Assembly (NCBI GenBank): GCA_020054475.1
Contig: JAHWGJ010000006.1
Coordinates: 368 to 64,367 of the forward strand
Reading direction: 5' to 3'
DNA from: Thermoplasmata archaeon
GTDB lineage: Archaea > Thermoplasmatota > E2 > DHVEG-1
DNA: 64,000 nucleotides
Part shown: one piece after another, positions 18,619 to 28,405 of the stretch
Numbering within the stretch: position 1 is the stretch's first letter
How the letters are laid out: every line of letters begins with the position of its first letter
Program-made: the position numbers and the translations under genes
The notes under the pieces: generated by a model
What the model saw: the letters and a program-made list of their open reading frames with translations, nothing else
The model's database searches: none
Told to the model about the DNA's origin: nothing

Positions 18619-19656
18619 ATGATATGCGTTGAATGTGGAAAGGAATCTGAAATAATTAATAATGGATTATGCTTAGATTGTTATATTAAATCAAATAGAT
18701 TTACCAAAGGACCAGATTTTTTTAATATAATTAAATGTTCAAATTGTAATTCATATAAATTTAAAAATAAATGGGAAACAGAATCATTAAATGAAATAAT
18801 TAATAAAGTTATATTACAGAATTTTAAAATAAGTGATGAATTAAAAAAACCAGAAATCAAGACTCATATTATTGATGATAATCAATATAAAAAACAATTG
18901 GAATTAAAAATAACAGGTTTAATTTCCAATTTAAAAATTATTGAAAAAAAAGTAATTCAAATTAATATAAAAAAAGAAATTTGTGATACCTGCTCTAAAC
19001 AATTTGGAGGATATCATGAGGCAATCATTCAGATTAGAGCAGATAAAAGAAATCTTAAATTGGAAGAAATTGAGGGAATTTATACATTTGTACTAGATTA
19101 TATTAAAAATTTACAAAATAAGGGAAATAAAAAAATATTCATTGCTGATTTTGAAAAAAAAGAGAGCGGGATAACCTTTTTTTTAAGTGACAATAGTATA
19201 TCACTTTCAATTATTAAAAAAATACAAGAGATATATGCTGGTGATATCAAAAGATCATCAAAAAATATTGGAATGAAAGATAGTAAACAAATATATAGAA
19301 TGACGTATCTGCTAAGATTATATCCTTTTACAGAAGGAGAGATACTTTCAAATAAAGAAAAATATTTTTATATAAAAAAAATTTCAAAAAATAAAATACA
19401 TTTAGTTGATCTTGCGCAATGGAATGAAAATATTTTTGATGTAAAAGAATTAAATAATTTTGTAATCAAAGGTGGAAATGAATTTGTAAAGAACATGATA
19501 TTTGTAAGTCAAACAAATGATGAAGTACAAATAATGGATCAAAATAACTACAATATCCATGTGTTAAAAAAACCAAAAAAGATATTATTTGATAATGATA
19601 CGATTAAAATAATTCAAATTCAAGATAAAATATTTTTATTTCCAATTTCATTATAA
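18619..19656 (+). CDS. nmd3: NMD3-related ribosome biogenesis protein
   Basis: CVECG..LCLDC, CSNC, CDTCSK..GGYHEAIIQIR. Confidence 0.9.
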   Translation: MICVECGKESEIINNGLCLDCYIKSNRFTKGPDFFNIIKCSNCNSYKFKNKWETESLNEIINKVILQNFKISDELKKPEIKTHIIDDNQYKKQLELKITGLISNLKIIEKKVIQINIKKEICDTCSKQFGGYHEAIIQIRADKRNLKLEEIEGIYTFVLDYIKNLQNKGNKKIFIADFEKKESGITFFLSDNSISLSIIKKIQEIYAGDIKRSSKNIGMKDSKQIYRMTYLLRLYPFTEGEILSNKEKYFYIKKISKNKIHLVDLAQWNENIFDVKELNNFVIKGGNEFVKNMIFVSQTNDEVQIMDQNNYNIHVLKKPKKILFDNDTIKIIQIQDKIFLFPISL

Positions 19657-19664
19657 CCATTAAC

Positions 19665-19708
19665 TAATTACAGAAAATTACTTTTTTTATCAGTTATTTC
19701 TGTAATTA
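19665..19708. repeat. 12-bp perfect inverted repeat (possible terminator or operator)
   Basis: TAATTACAGAAA 19665-76 / TTTCTGTAATTA 19697-708, T-run in loop, right after nmd3 stop. Confidence 0.4.
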
Positions 19709-19766
19709 ATATGTACAAATTCTTTATAATATACTTTTTTAAATAAATCAACAATCCTAGATTCTA

Positions 19767-20534
19767 ATGAGAATAGCAATAAAATTTGCTTACAATGGGA
19801 TGAATTACCATGGTTTAGCTCGCCAGCCCAATGTCATAACAATTGAAAAGAAAATAATTGATTTTTTATCTAAAAAAGGTTTAATTAATGATATTAAAAC
19901 ATCAAATTTTCGTTATGCTAGTAGAACGGATAAAGGAGTATCAGCAATTGGCAATGTAATGGCATTTGATACAGAATATAATAATGATGTTTTAAAAGAA
20001 ATATATGATGAGTTTGAGGACATAGTATTTTATGGCATTAAAATTGTAAATCCTATATTTAATCCAAGATATGCTAAACAGAGAATTTATAGATATTATT
20101 TTAAAAAGGATAAAAAGAACATAAATAAATTAAAAAAAATAATTGAAATATTTAAGGGTGAACATGATTTCAGTAACTTTGCAAGAATCGAATCATCGAA
20201 GAAACCTATCAAAGTTATTGATGATATTTTAATTAGAGAGAGTGACAATTTCGTTTATATTGATTTTTATGCTCAGTCATATCTATGGCATCAAATAAGA
20301 AAAATAATTTCTGCATTAAATAAGGTTGAAAAGTGTACAATCGGCGTTGAAGATTTGATACAAGCTTTAAATTATCCAAATAAAAAGGTAGATTACGGAT
20401 TATCGCCGCCTGAACCATTATTATTAATTGATGTTGTTTATGATTTTGATTTCATATATTATGATAAGGCTTTAGATAAGCTAATGAAATTTAAAAATCA
20501 TTTATTAAATATTATTAAATATCACGTTTATTAA
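19767..20534 (+). CDS. truA: tRNA pseudouridine(38-40) synthase
   Basis: ASRTDKGVSA catalytic Asp motif, RIYRY, GEHDFSNF, YLWHQIRKI. Confidence 0.93.
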   Translation: MRIAIKFAYNGMNYHGLARQPNVITIEKKIIDFLSKKGLINDIKTSNFRYASRTDKGVSAIGNVMAFDTEYNNDVLKEIYDEFEDIVFYGIKIVNPIFNPRYAKQRIYRYYFKKDKKNINKLKKIIEIFKGEHDFSNFARIESSKKPIKVIDDILIRESDNFVYIDFYAQSYLWHQIRKIISALNKVEKCTIGVEDLIQALNYPNKKVDYGLSPPEPLLLIDVVYDFDFIYYDKALDKLMKFKNHLLNIIKYHVY

Positions 20535-21342
20535 ATCTCCAATAAGATAAAATCATAAAACATATAATCCAAAATAAAAGTATAATTGTCATTAAAATAT
20601 TTGAATAATATTCCGGATAGGCTATTGAAAGATTATCCAACGATAATGCTGCGCCTACATTTAAAGTAACAAGAAAGGAATATACTTGTAAAGGATTGAA
20701 CAAATTCAAAATATGATACCAATCAGGGGCATTATTAACAATATTTATTATATCTGAACTTGCTGCTAATATTCCAACAAAAACTATTGGCAAAATAATA
20801 TTAAAGAAAAACCAAAGAAAAATTGCTCCACCCATAGCAGTAGAACGCTTATTAAATAATGTAGACAAAAATAATGCAAGTACTAAAAAAACTAAACCTA
20901 TCAAAATAGTGGCAAATATAAAAATAATATAACCTGCATAATCAACATCGGAAACATTAAAGCCAATTACAATACCAGCTAGACCAAATCCAATTATTAT
21001 TGTTATTGCTAATAAGCTTCCTAAACCAATAAATTTCCCTAAAAGAATTTCAAGCCTTGTTACAGGCAATGACAATAATGAATTCATAGAACCTTTTTCA
21101 ATTTCCCCAATTATAGCTGAATAACCTAGCATAAGTGCAATTATTGGAATTAATAATTGCACAAGGCTCATCATTCCCTGAATTGTGATTCCTAAATCTT
21201 GCCAACCCTCTGTAAATATTGAGCCAAAATAAGATACAACCAAAGTCAAAGATGCAAAAATTATAGTTAGAATTATTATCCATTTATTCCTAACATTATC
21301 TAATAATTCCTTTTTAGAAATTGTAAAAATTGAATTCAACAA
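20515..21342 (-). CDS. ABC-2/NosY-like permease
   Basis: KKELLD, IIGEIEKGSMNSLLSLPVTRLEILLGKF, RFNKRDI end. Confidence 0.9.
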   Translation of the reverse strand: MLNSIFTISKKELLDNVRNKWIIILTIIFASLTLVVSYFGSIFTEGWQDLGITIQGMMSLVQLLIPIIALMLGYSAIIGEIEKGSMNSLLSLPVTRLEILLGKFIGLGSLLAITIIIGFGLAGIVIGFNVSDVDYAGYIIFIFATILIGLVFLVLALFLSTLFNKRSTAMGGAIFLWFFFNIILPIVFVGILAASSDIINIVNNAPDWYHILNLFNPLQVYSFLVTLNVGAALSLDNLSIAYPEYYSNILMTIILLFWIICFMILSYWRFNKRDI

Positions 21343-21344
21343 AG

Positions 21345-22409
21345 CTAATCACCTTCTGTAAACTTCATGAATACTTCTTCAAGTGAAGGATCTTTTGTAT
21401 GAATATTAATTATTTTTCCACCAGTTTTTTCAATTGTTATTATAACCCTAGCTTTAATTCTCGAATCACAAATAACATCAATATTATTATCTCTAATGTC
21501 TATTTTTTCAATACCTTTTACCTCTTTTACAGATTTTATTATATTTTCAGATAATTTTTCTAATTCTATTGTAATTTTAGGTTTAATATTAAGTGTTTTT
21601 CTTAATCCATCAACTGTGTCCTGTGCAACGATTTCACCTTTATTAATTATGCAAACACGATCGCATATTTCTTGAACTTCACTTAAAATATGGGAGGAAA
21701 CCAAAATCGTAGAACCCATTTTTTTCATTTCTCTTATTTTACTTCTAATTAAAACGACTCCTCTCGGATCTAAACCACCTGATGGTTCATCAAGAATTAA
21801 TATCGGTGGATTTCCAATTAAAGATCTAGCCATACCAAGACGTTGAACCATACCTTTAGAAAAAGCTCCAACTTTTTTATTAATAGCATTCGAAAGACCA
21901 AATTCTTTAATCAATATTTTACATTCATCCTTAGAAGTTTTTTTCATTTCTGCTATAAAACACAAATTTTGGAAAGCTGATAAATTTTCATAAAATGCCA
22001 CACGTTCAGGTAAATATCCAATAAATTTTTTTGCGTTTTTTCCACTATCTGCTACATCAAAATCATTAATTTTAATTAATCCAGAATCTACATTAACTAA
22101 TCCAAGTATTGACTTAATAGTTGTGGTTTTTCCAGCCCCGTTTGGACCTAAAAAACCAAATATCTCTCCCTTTCTAACCTTAAAAGAAATATTATTAACT
22201 GCATTAGTTCCATTATAATTTTTTATAAGATTTTTAACTAAAATTGCTATAGCTTTTTTTTCTCCATCATCTATATTATCTGAACTTGGAAAAATATATT
22301 TACCTTTTTGATTGCATTTTGAACATAAAAGGAGTTTTTTTTCACCAGGGTCGCCATTTATTTTTATTATATTTCTACAGTTTGGGCATTGAATCGTCTT
22401 AGAGATCAT
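21345..22409 (-). CDS. ABC exporter ATP-binding protein with N-terminal Zn ribbon
   Basis: CPNC..CSKC extension; GPNGAGKTT, FSKGM, ILDEP. Confidence 0.92.
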   Translation of the reverse strand: MISKTIQCPNCRNIIKINGDPGEKKLLLCSKCNQKGKYIFPSSDNIDDGEKKAIAILVKNLIKNYNGTNAVNNISFKVRKGEIFGFLGPNGAGKTTTIKSILGLVNVDSGLIKINDFDVADSGKNAKKFIGYLPERVAFYENLSAFQNLCFIAEMKKTSKDECKILIKEFGLSNAINKKVGAFSKGMVQRLGMARSLIGNPPILILDEPSGGLDPRGVVLIRSKIREMKKMGSTILVSSHILSEVQEICDRVCIINKGEIVAQDTVDGLRKTLNIKPKITIELEKLSENIIKSVKEVKGIEKIDIRDNNIDVICDSRIKARVIITIEKTGGKIINIHTKDPSLEEVFMKFTEGD

Positions 22410-22545
22410 ATATTTACCTTTATTACAAATATAATATGCGAGATATTTATTTTTATTGTATAAAAAAGTTATATTATCATCAATAATATAAATTTAAAAT
22501 AATGTGAACTGAAAATATTTATGCTTCATTTATATTAACAAGCGG

Positions 22546-23508
22546 GTGAAGGGAACCAAAAAATCAATTCATAAAAAAACCATATTTAATGTAATAAACA
22601 TTCAAAATAATAAAATAAAAAAATATTATTTTTTGATAATTGGTCTTCCAATTGTATTTTGGGCTTTTGCATTTCCACTTATTAAAATCGGTCTTAATGA
22701 ATTACATCCAATAAATCTAACTATTTTAAGAATGTTTATAGCATGCCTCTCTTTTTTATTAATAATAATTTTTAAACCTATTAAAATTACAAAATTAAAT
22801 ATCAAAGACATTCCTAATTTGTTTTTTTTAGGATTTTTTGGAGTAATATGTTATCATTTTGCTTTGAATTATGGTGAACAGTATATATCTGCAGGTGTAG
22901 CAAGTTTAATTATTACAACTATTCCGATTTTTATTGTTGTTTTAGCTTTTATATTTCTTTCTGAAAAAATTACATTTAACCTCTTTTTAGGTATATTGTT
23001 GTCATTAATTGGTATTATCATCATTTCATTATTTGGAAACACCGACATTAATTTAGAAATTAGATACATATTAGCAGCAGGAGCTGTTCTATTTGCAGCC
23101 TTTTTTGGAGCTTTTTATACTGTAGTTGGTAAAAAATTACTTAAAAAATATTCACCTTTATCACTTACTATATATGCAATATTATTAGGATCTTTAGGGA
23201 TGATACCGTTTATTAATACTTCTCTTTTTGAAGAAATAACAAAATTATCTTGGATTGGTTGGCTAGCTGTTATATTTCTAGCAATATTTCCAACGGTTAT
23301 CAGTTATGTTTTATGGTATGTAGCTTTAGATTTCAAACCTGCATCAGAACTAGGTATATATCTTTATTTAATGCCAATTTTATCCACAATTCTATCATTT
23401 TTCTTATTAAGTGAAAAGATTACAATATTATTTATTTTTGGAGGTTTCTTAATAATTCTAGGTCTAGTAATTGTCAACAAAAAACCGATAAAAATAAGAA
23501 AAAAATGA
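22546..23508 (+). CDS. DMT/EamA family transporter
   Basis: FWAFAFPLIKIGL, two EamA repeats; start uncertain. Confidence 0.88.
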   Translation: MKGTKKSIHKKTIFNVINIQNNKIKKYYFLIIGLPIVFWAFAFPLIKIGLNELHPINLTILRMFIACLSFLLIIIFKPIKITKLNIKDIPNLFFLGFFGVICYHFALNYGEQYISAGVASLIITTIPIFIVVLAFIFLSEKITFNLFLGILLSLIGIIIISLFGNTDINLEIRYILAAGAVLFAAFFGAFYTVVGKKLLKKYSPLSLTIYAILLGSLGMIPFINTSLFEEITKLSWIGWLAVIFLAIFPTVISYVLWYVALDFKPASELGIYLYLMPILSTILSFFLLSEKITILFIFGGFLIILGLVIVNKKPIKIRKK

Positions 23509-23573
23509 AATATTACTTGTCATCTTAATGATAAAATAACATAAATAATAAATCATTACAGATAAATCATTAT

Positions 23574-23658
23574 GCAGGGGTAGCCAAGCCAGGTCAACGG
23601 CGACAGACTCAAGATCTGTTCCTGCAGAGGTTCAGGAGTTCGAATCTCCTCCCCTGCA
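23574..23658 (+). tRNA. tRNA-Leu(CAA), intronless, CCA not encoded
   Basis: Acceptor GCAGGGG/CCCCTGC, anticodon arm ACAGA-CTCAAGA-TCTGT, long variable arm, TTCGAAT T-loop. Confidence 0.96.
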
Positions 23659-26457
23659 TATCTAAGTTTTCAACAGGAGAAAAACCATGAATTTTTTTCA
23701 TTTCACATTGTTGTGGTTAAAATAAGTGATTTAAACCATAAAACTTTGTAAATCGACGTTGGAATCCTAAATCAGCGTTCAAAAAAGGTTAATAAAAAAT
23801 TGAATTTTTTACGGTATTTTTAATCAACGAGACTATCAGTCAGCAGGTTAAAAACAACTACATTCCATCATAATCAGCAAGTAATAATGCTACTACGAAC
23901 ATTTTGAATTATATAAAAAAATATTTGCATGAGAACATTTAATAAATAAATAAACATTTTAATTATCTAATCCAAAAGGGAGGATAAAATTATGGAGGGC
24001 GAAAATCAGTTAATAACCGAGCTTAAATCAAAAATAAAAGAATTGAAACAAAGGAATAATAATTTGGAATCGTCAATACTAAATAATAATACTCTTATCG
24101 ATAATTTACCAAGCCTGCTCATTTTGATTGATACAGAAGGTAAAATATATGCCATTAACAAAACAATGGCAAAAAGTTTAAAAGGAGAAAAAGAAAATCT
24201 TATAGGTAAAAATATTTTAGAATATTTTCCCTCAGAAGTAGCCAAATATAGAACAAAAATGGCTAACAAAGTCATTAATTCTAAGAAACCGATTTTTTTT
24301 GAAGATAAGCGCGATGATAGGTGGTTTAAAACAAGCATTTTTCCAGTCTTTGACCCCAAAGGTAATGTAACCAAAATAACAAATATGGTAGAGGAAATTA
24401 CCAAACAAAAAGAAAAATTAAATGAAAGTGAAGAAAAATTTCAGATGCTTTCAGACCAATCCTTAATGGGTTTAGGAATCATTCAAACGGGACAAATCAA
24501 ATACGCAAATGATGCAATTATTCAGATAACAGGATATTCAAAAGATGATATGTTTAAGGAGGGGGGCAAAATTTTAACAAAAATAATTCATCCTGAGTAT
24601 TTATCATTTGCTCAGGAACAATTGCAGAAAAAACTAGCTGGAGATAAAGATGCTATTGCCAGATATTCTTGTAAGATAATATCCAAAACTGGTGAGATAA
24701 AGTGGGTTGAAGTCTTTTCAAAAACAATACATTATGAAGGGAAAAATGCAGATTTTATTACCTTTGTAGACATTACTGATACAAAAAAAGCAGAGGAAAT
24801 TGTTAGGATAAATGAAGAAAAATGGCGGTCACTAGTAGAAAATGCACCTGACATAATAACCCATATTGATTCTAAAGGTATAGTCACATATGTTAACCAT
24901 CTTCCAAAAGACAAAAAATTAAAAAATTTTAACCCTATTGGAAAAAAATTTATTAATTTAATACCGAAAGAGCACCATACTCTGGTTGAAAACACATATA
25001 GGCGTGTTTTGAAAACTGGAAAATCAGAAAGCTTTGAAGTTCAGGGTTTAATTTCAGATAGATGGTTAAATACAAATGTTGGTGCAATATTTGATAATGG
25101 AACTCCAATTGGTTTAACAACAATCACCCGTGATATTACTATTCAGAAAAATGCAGAGTTAAATATCCAAAGAGGAAAAAATCACTTACAAAATATTATT
25201 GACAGTACATCTGAGATCATATTTACAATAGGAAATGATAACAAGATAAAAACCTGGAATAAAACAGCAGAGCAAATAACAGGGTATAAAAAAAAGCATG
25301 TTGTTGGTAAATCTATTAAAAAAGTAGAATTATTTGAATATCCAAGTGAAATTGAAGAACATATAACAGCTATTCAGAACGAAAAAACTACAATTCTTAA
25401 TGAAATCTCAATAAATACAATATATGGAATAACAAGAATATTTTCTGTATCACCCTCATATATAACTGACGAATCAAACAATATCATAGAAATTCTATTT
25501 GTCTGCAGGGATATTACTAAAGAAAAAGAAACATTTGGTAAAATACAATCAGGTAATAGTTATCTCATCCTAGAATCGGATAATAACGCAGTAATTGAAA
25601 TATTCAATTTCCTGCTCAAATCTAAAAAACTGGGGTTATATATAGGTAGAATACCAAACAAAGAACTACAAACTAGTTTCAAAAAGAACATTCCTTCGAT
25701 CATAAAATTAACCGAGGAAAAAGATGATCAATACCCAACTTCTAATAATATAGAAGAAGTATATAAAAAAATAAAGGATTTCATAAAAAATAAGAATAAC
25801 ACCGTGATAATAATTGACCGTATGGATTATCTTATAACAAACTATTCATTTGAATCAGTAATGAAGACTCTTTATAAAATTAATGATCTGATACAAAAAC
25901 AAGATTCTATATTATTACTACGTGTGAATCCTTCAATCATAAATCAAAGTCAAATAGCGATACTAAATGAGGATTTTAAAAAACTTCCATCACAAAAAAT
26001 CTCAGACATCCAAATAAGTCAAGAACAATATGAGATACTAATCCACATTCAAAATGAAATCAATAATAATATTTTGGTAACATATGGAAATATTGGAAAA
26101 ACATTTTCAATATCTAAAGTTACAGCTAAAAAAAGATTAGAATCATTAAAATATAGTGGATTGATTTATTCAAGAAAACAGGGAAAATCAAAAATACTTA
26201 ATATTACTGAAAAAGGGAAAAATCTACTTAAACATAAAAAAATAATCTAATTATAATACTGTCTTTTCCTTTTTGTCTCTCAGGAGGCTTTAAAACAAAG
26301 TTTTTTGTTATGAATGATGAAAATTAAAAAACCTAAATTGAAAATTTTGTTAAATCCCATATCTCAGCCTGTTCAACAGGTATAAATTTAACAAAAAATT
26401 AAATTGTAATTTAAACTTTATTACCAGTAAATCCGTGTTAATATCTCCTCCCCTGCA
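23644..26457. mobile_element. 2.8-kb tRNA-integrated island remnant bounded by 15-bp direct repeat
   Basis: ATCTCCTCCCCTGCA at 23644-58 (tRNA 3' end) repeated exactly at 26443-57; no integrase inside. Confidence 0.75.
23992..26250 (+). CDS. multi-PAS + DUF835 + winged-helix one-component regulator
   Basis: Four PAS/PAC repeats (e.g. KWRSLVENAPDII, ITRDIT, VCRDITKEK), DUF835-like VIIIDRMDYLITNYSFESVMK, C-terminal HTH ISKVTAKKRLESLKYSGLI..ITEKG. Confidence 0.85.
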   Translation: MEGENQLITELKSKIKELKQRNNNLESSILNNNTLIDNLPSLLILIDTEGKIYAINKTMAKSLKGEKENLIGKNILEYFPSEVAKYRTKMANKVINSKKPIFFEDKRDDRWFKTSIFPVFDPKGNVTKITNMVEEITKQKEKLNESEEKFQMLSDQSLMGLGIIQTGQIKYANDAIIQITGYSKDDMFKEGGKILTKIIHPEYLSFAQEQLQKKLAGDKDAIARYSCKIISKTGEIKWVEVFSKTIHYEGKNADFITFVDITDTKKAEEIVRINEEKWRSLVENAPDIITHIDSKGIVTYVNHLPKDKKLKNFNPIGKKFINLIPKEHHTLVENTYRRVLKTGKSESFEVQGLISDRWLNTNVGAIFDNGTPIGLTTITRDITIQKNAELNIQRGKNHLQNIIDSTSEIIFTIGNDNKIKTWNKTAEQITGYKKKHVVGKSIKKVELFEYPSEIEEHITAIQNEKTTILNEISINTIYGITRIFSVSPSYITDESNNIIEILFVCRDITKEKETFGKIQSGNSYLILESDNNAVIEIFNFLLKSKKLGLYIGRIPNKELQTSFKKNIPSIIKLTEEKDDQYPTSNNIEEVYKKIKDFIKNKNNTVIIIDRMDYLITNYSFESVMKTLYKINDLIQKQDSILLLRVNPSIINQSQIAILNEDFKKLPSQKISDIQISQEQYEILIHIQNEINNNILVTYGNIGKTFSISKVTAKKRLESLKYSGLIYSRKQGKSKILNITEKGKNLLKHKKII

Positions 26458-26512
26458 CCTTTTAATGAAAGAACAATCCTATTTAATTTTTTAAAAAAAG
26501 CATATAAATTAT

Positions 26513-28291
26513 TTAATTAACAATTAGTTTTTCAACTATTTTATAGGCGTTTATTAAATGATTAAAACCAATTTCATATTCAGAATTATTAATATATTCC
26601 TCTGCAATATAGTATTCTTGCATTCCTTCTTCACTGTATATCCCCAAAATATTTGCTAAGTCAAATCTTGATTCACAAACATTAAAAGCTATTTCAATTA
26701 TATTATTGATAATCGAAATAGTATTATTTAATTCTAATAGATTTAAAACTGTATCTTTCATATTTTTTAATGAATTAGAATAATTCGAATCCCAATTTTT
26801 TTCAACTAAATTAATACACAATTCTTTTTCATTTTGATGAATTTGATTATCAAGCTGAAACCAGATTTTCTCAGTTAAATAAGCTTGTTTTTGAGCATTT
26901 ATATCAAAAATCGTTAAAAAATTTGATAGTATTTCTTTTTCTTTAATTAGATTTATAGCAATGTTTTCAATAATTTCATTTTCATATAAAAAAACATTCT
27001 CAATTTTATTAAAACAATAAAGATTATTATAACCATATATTTTGAAGAGATTCTGACAAAGTTGAGCAGCTTCACCATTTTCGAAAGGATCAAATATATC
27101 ATTGTCACTAATATGAAAGGGTATAAAAATTGAAGAACATGCGAAGCTGGGGGAAAACCAACCCATACTAAGTAGCTCATAATTGTTATTTGGTATTTTA
27201 TAAATTGCTACTGCCTCATTTTCGTAGTTTCCCTCACACATACCTCTTAAACCATCTAAATCCGTAGATTGAAGTCTTGACCAGTTAATCATATCTCTAA
27301 CATTTATCTTTCCATATCTAGAGTTTATATTCTCTAGCATTTTATCTTCCCATGCTTTAAATTTGTTGGTTAATTCAACGGATACAGTATTATTATTGAT
27401 ATCGAGCACTTTTAAACTGAAATCTCCAACATTTTTTCTTTCACTCATATTTATTTCAATTTTTTCTCCAACATATAAAAAAGTCCAAAAATTTATTTTA
27501 AAAACCGGTATTTGTCTTGCTACGATTGAAGATTCCTTAATATCTAAAATTTTTACGCCATATAAGGAATTTAATCGAATAATATCTCCAACTTTATAAT
27601 TATCAGTTATGGTTAAGTTAAATGATTTTGAAATAGGAAGTTTTTTTTGTATTTGTGACTCCCAAAGTTCCTTTGGATAATTGGACATTACTCCAACATC
27701 ATTTTTTAACTCCTTGATTTTATAATTAAAAGCATCAGCTTCAATTATATACCCCTTATCTGGTCCAAGAATGAATAGATTCTCAGATACTCCTGTAGCA
27801 TGATACTTATTTATAACATCTTCAGTTAATAATAAAACTGCTTCATCAATATTATCTGCTTTTTCACATGAGTATCTAATCCAATCAAAATCATCCCATG
27901 CATATCTACTTGGATTTATCCAATTTGAATTTGTATCCGCATCCCCAAAAGCCAATCCTTTATCAGTAAGCGTCATTCCAGCTTTTACAATGTTGGGGAT
28001 AACATCGTCTTTTGAGGCAACACCAATATATTTATTCTCAACCTTAAAATAAATTTTTTCACCGGTCCAGGGATGATAAAATTCATATTGATAATTCTGA
28101 GGCACAATGTTCAAGACTTGAAGCCCCGGTCTACTTGGATCCCTAACTTTTAAGAGTAGATTATAATCTCCGGATGTTGAATCACCACAGGCTATAATAT
28201 CTTTACATCCTAAAACTGGAGTAGATATAAAAATAGGTAAACAAAAAATTATAATTATTATTATTATAATATTTTTTCTACAAATTTTCAT
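26513..28291 (-). CDS. secreted Ntn-hydrolase (peptidase C69/C45-like)
   Basis: Signal peptide ending PVLG followed by CKDIIACGDSTSGDYNLLLKVRD (N-terminal Cys nucleophile pattern); C-terminal GWF...SIFIPFH. Confidence 0.65.
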   Translation of the reverse strand: MKICRKNIIIIIIIIFCLPIFISTPVLGCKDIIACGDSTSGDYNLLLKVRDPSRPGLQVLNIVPQNYQYEFYHPWTGEKIYFKVENKYIGVASKDDVIPNIVKAGMTLTDKGLAFGDADTNSNWINPSRYAWDDFDWIRYSCEKADNIDEAVLLLTEDVINKYHATGVSENLFILGPDKGYIIEADAFNYKIKELKNDVGVMSNYPKELWESQIQKKLPISKSFNLTITDNYKVGDIIRLNSLYGVKILDIKESSIVARQIPVFKINFWTFLYVGEKIEINMSERKNVGDFSLKVLDINNNTVSVELTNKFKAWEDKMLENINSRYGKINVRDMINWSRLQSTDLDGLRGMCEGNYENEAVAIYKIPNNNYELLSMGWFSPSFACSSIFIPFHISDNDIFDPFENGEAAQLCQNLFKIYGYNNLYCFNKIENVFLYENEIIENIAINLIKEKEILSNFLTIFDINAQKQAYLTEKIWFQLDNQIHQNEKELCINLVEKNWDSNYSNSLKNMKDTVLNLLELNNTISIINNIIEIAFNVCESRFDLANILGIYSEEGMQEYYIAEEYINNSEYEIGFNHLINAYKIVEKLIVN

Positions 28292-28405
28292 ATTAACTAT
28301 TGTATACTCTTCAAAATATAAAAATATTATCTGGCAACATTAAAATTTATTAATTTAAGAATTTTTACAAAATATTAATGTAATTTAAATTATTAAAGGT
28401 TAATT

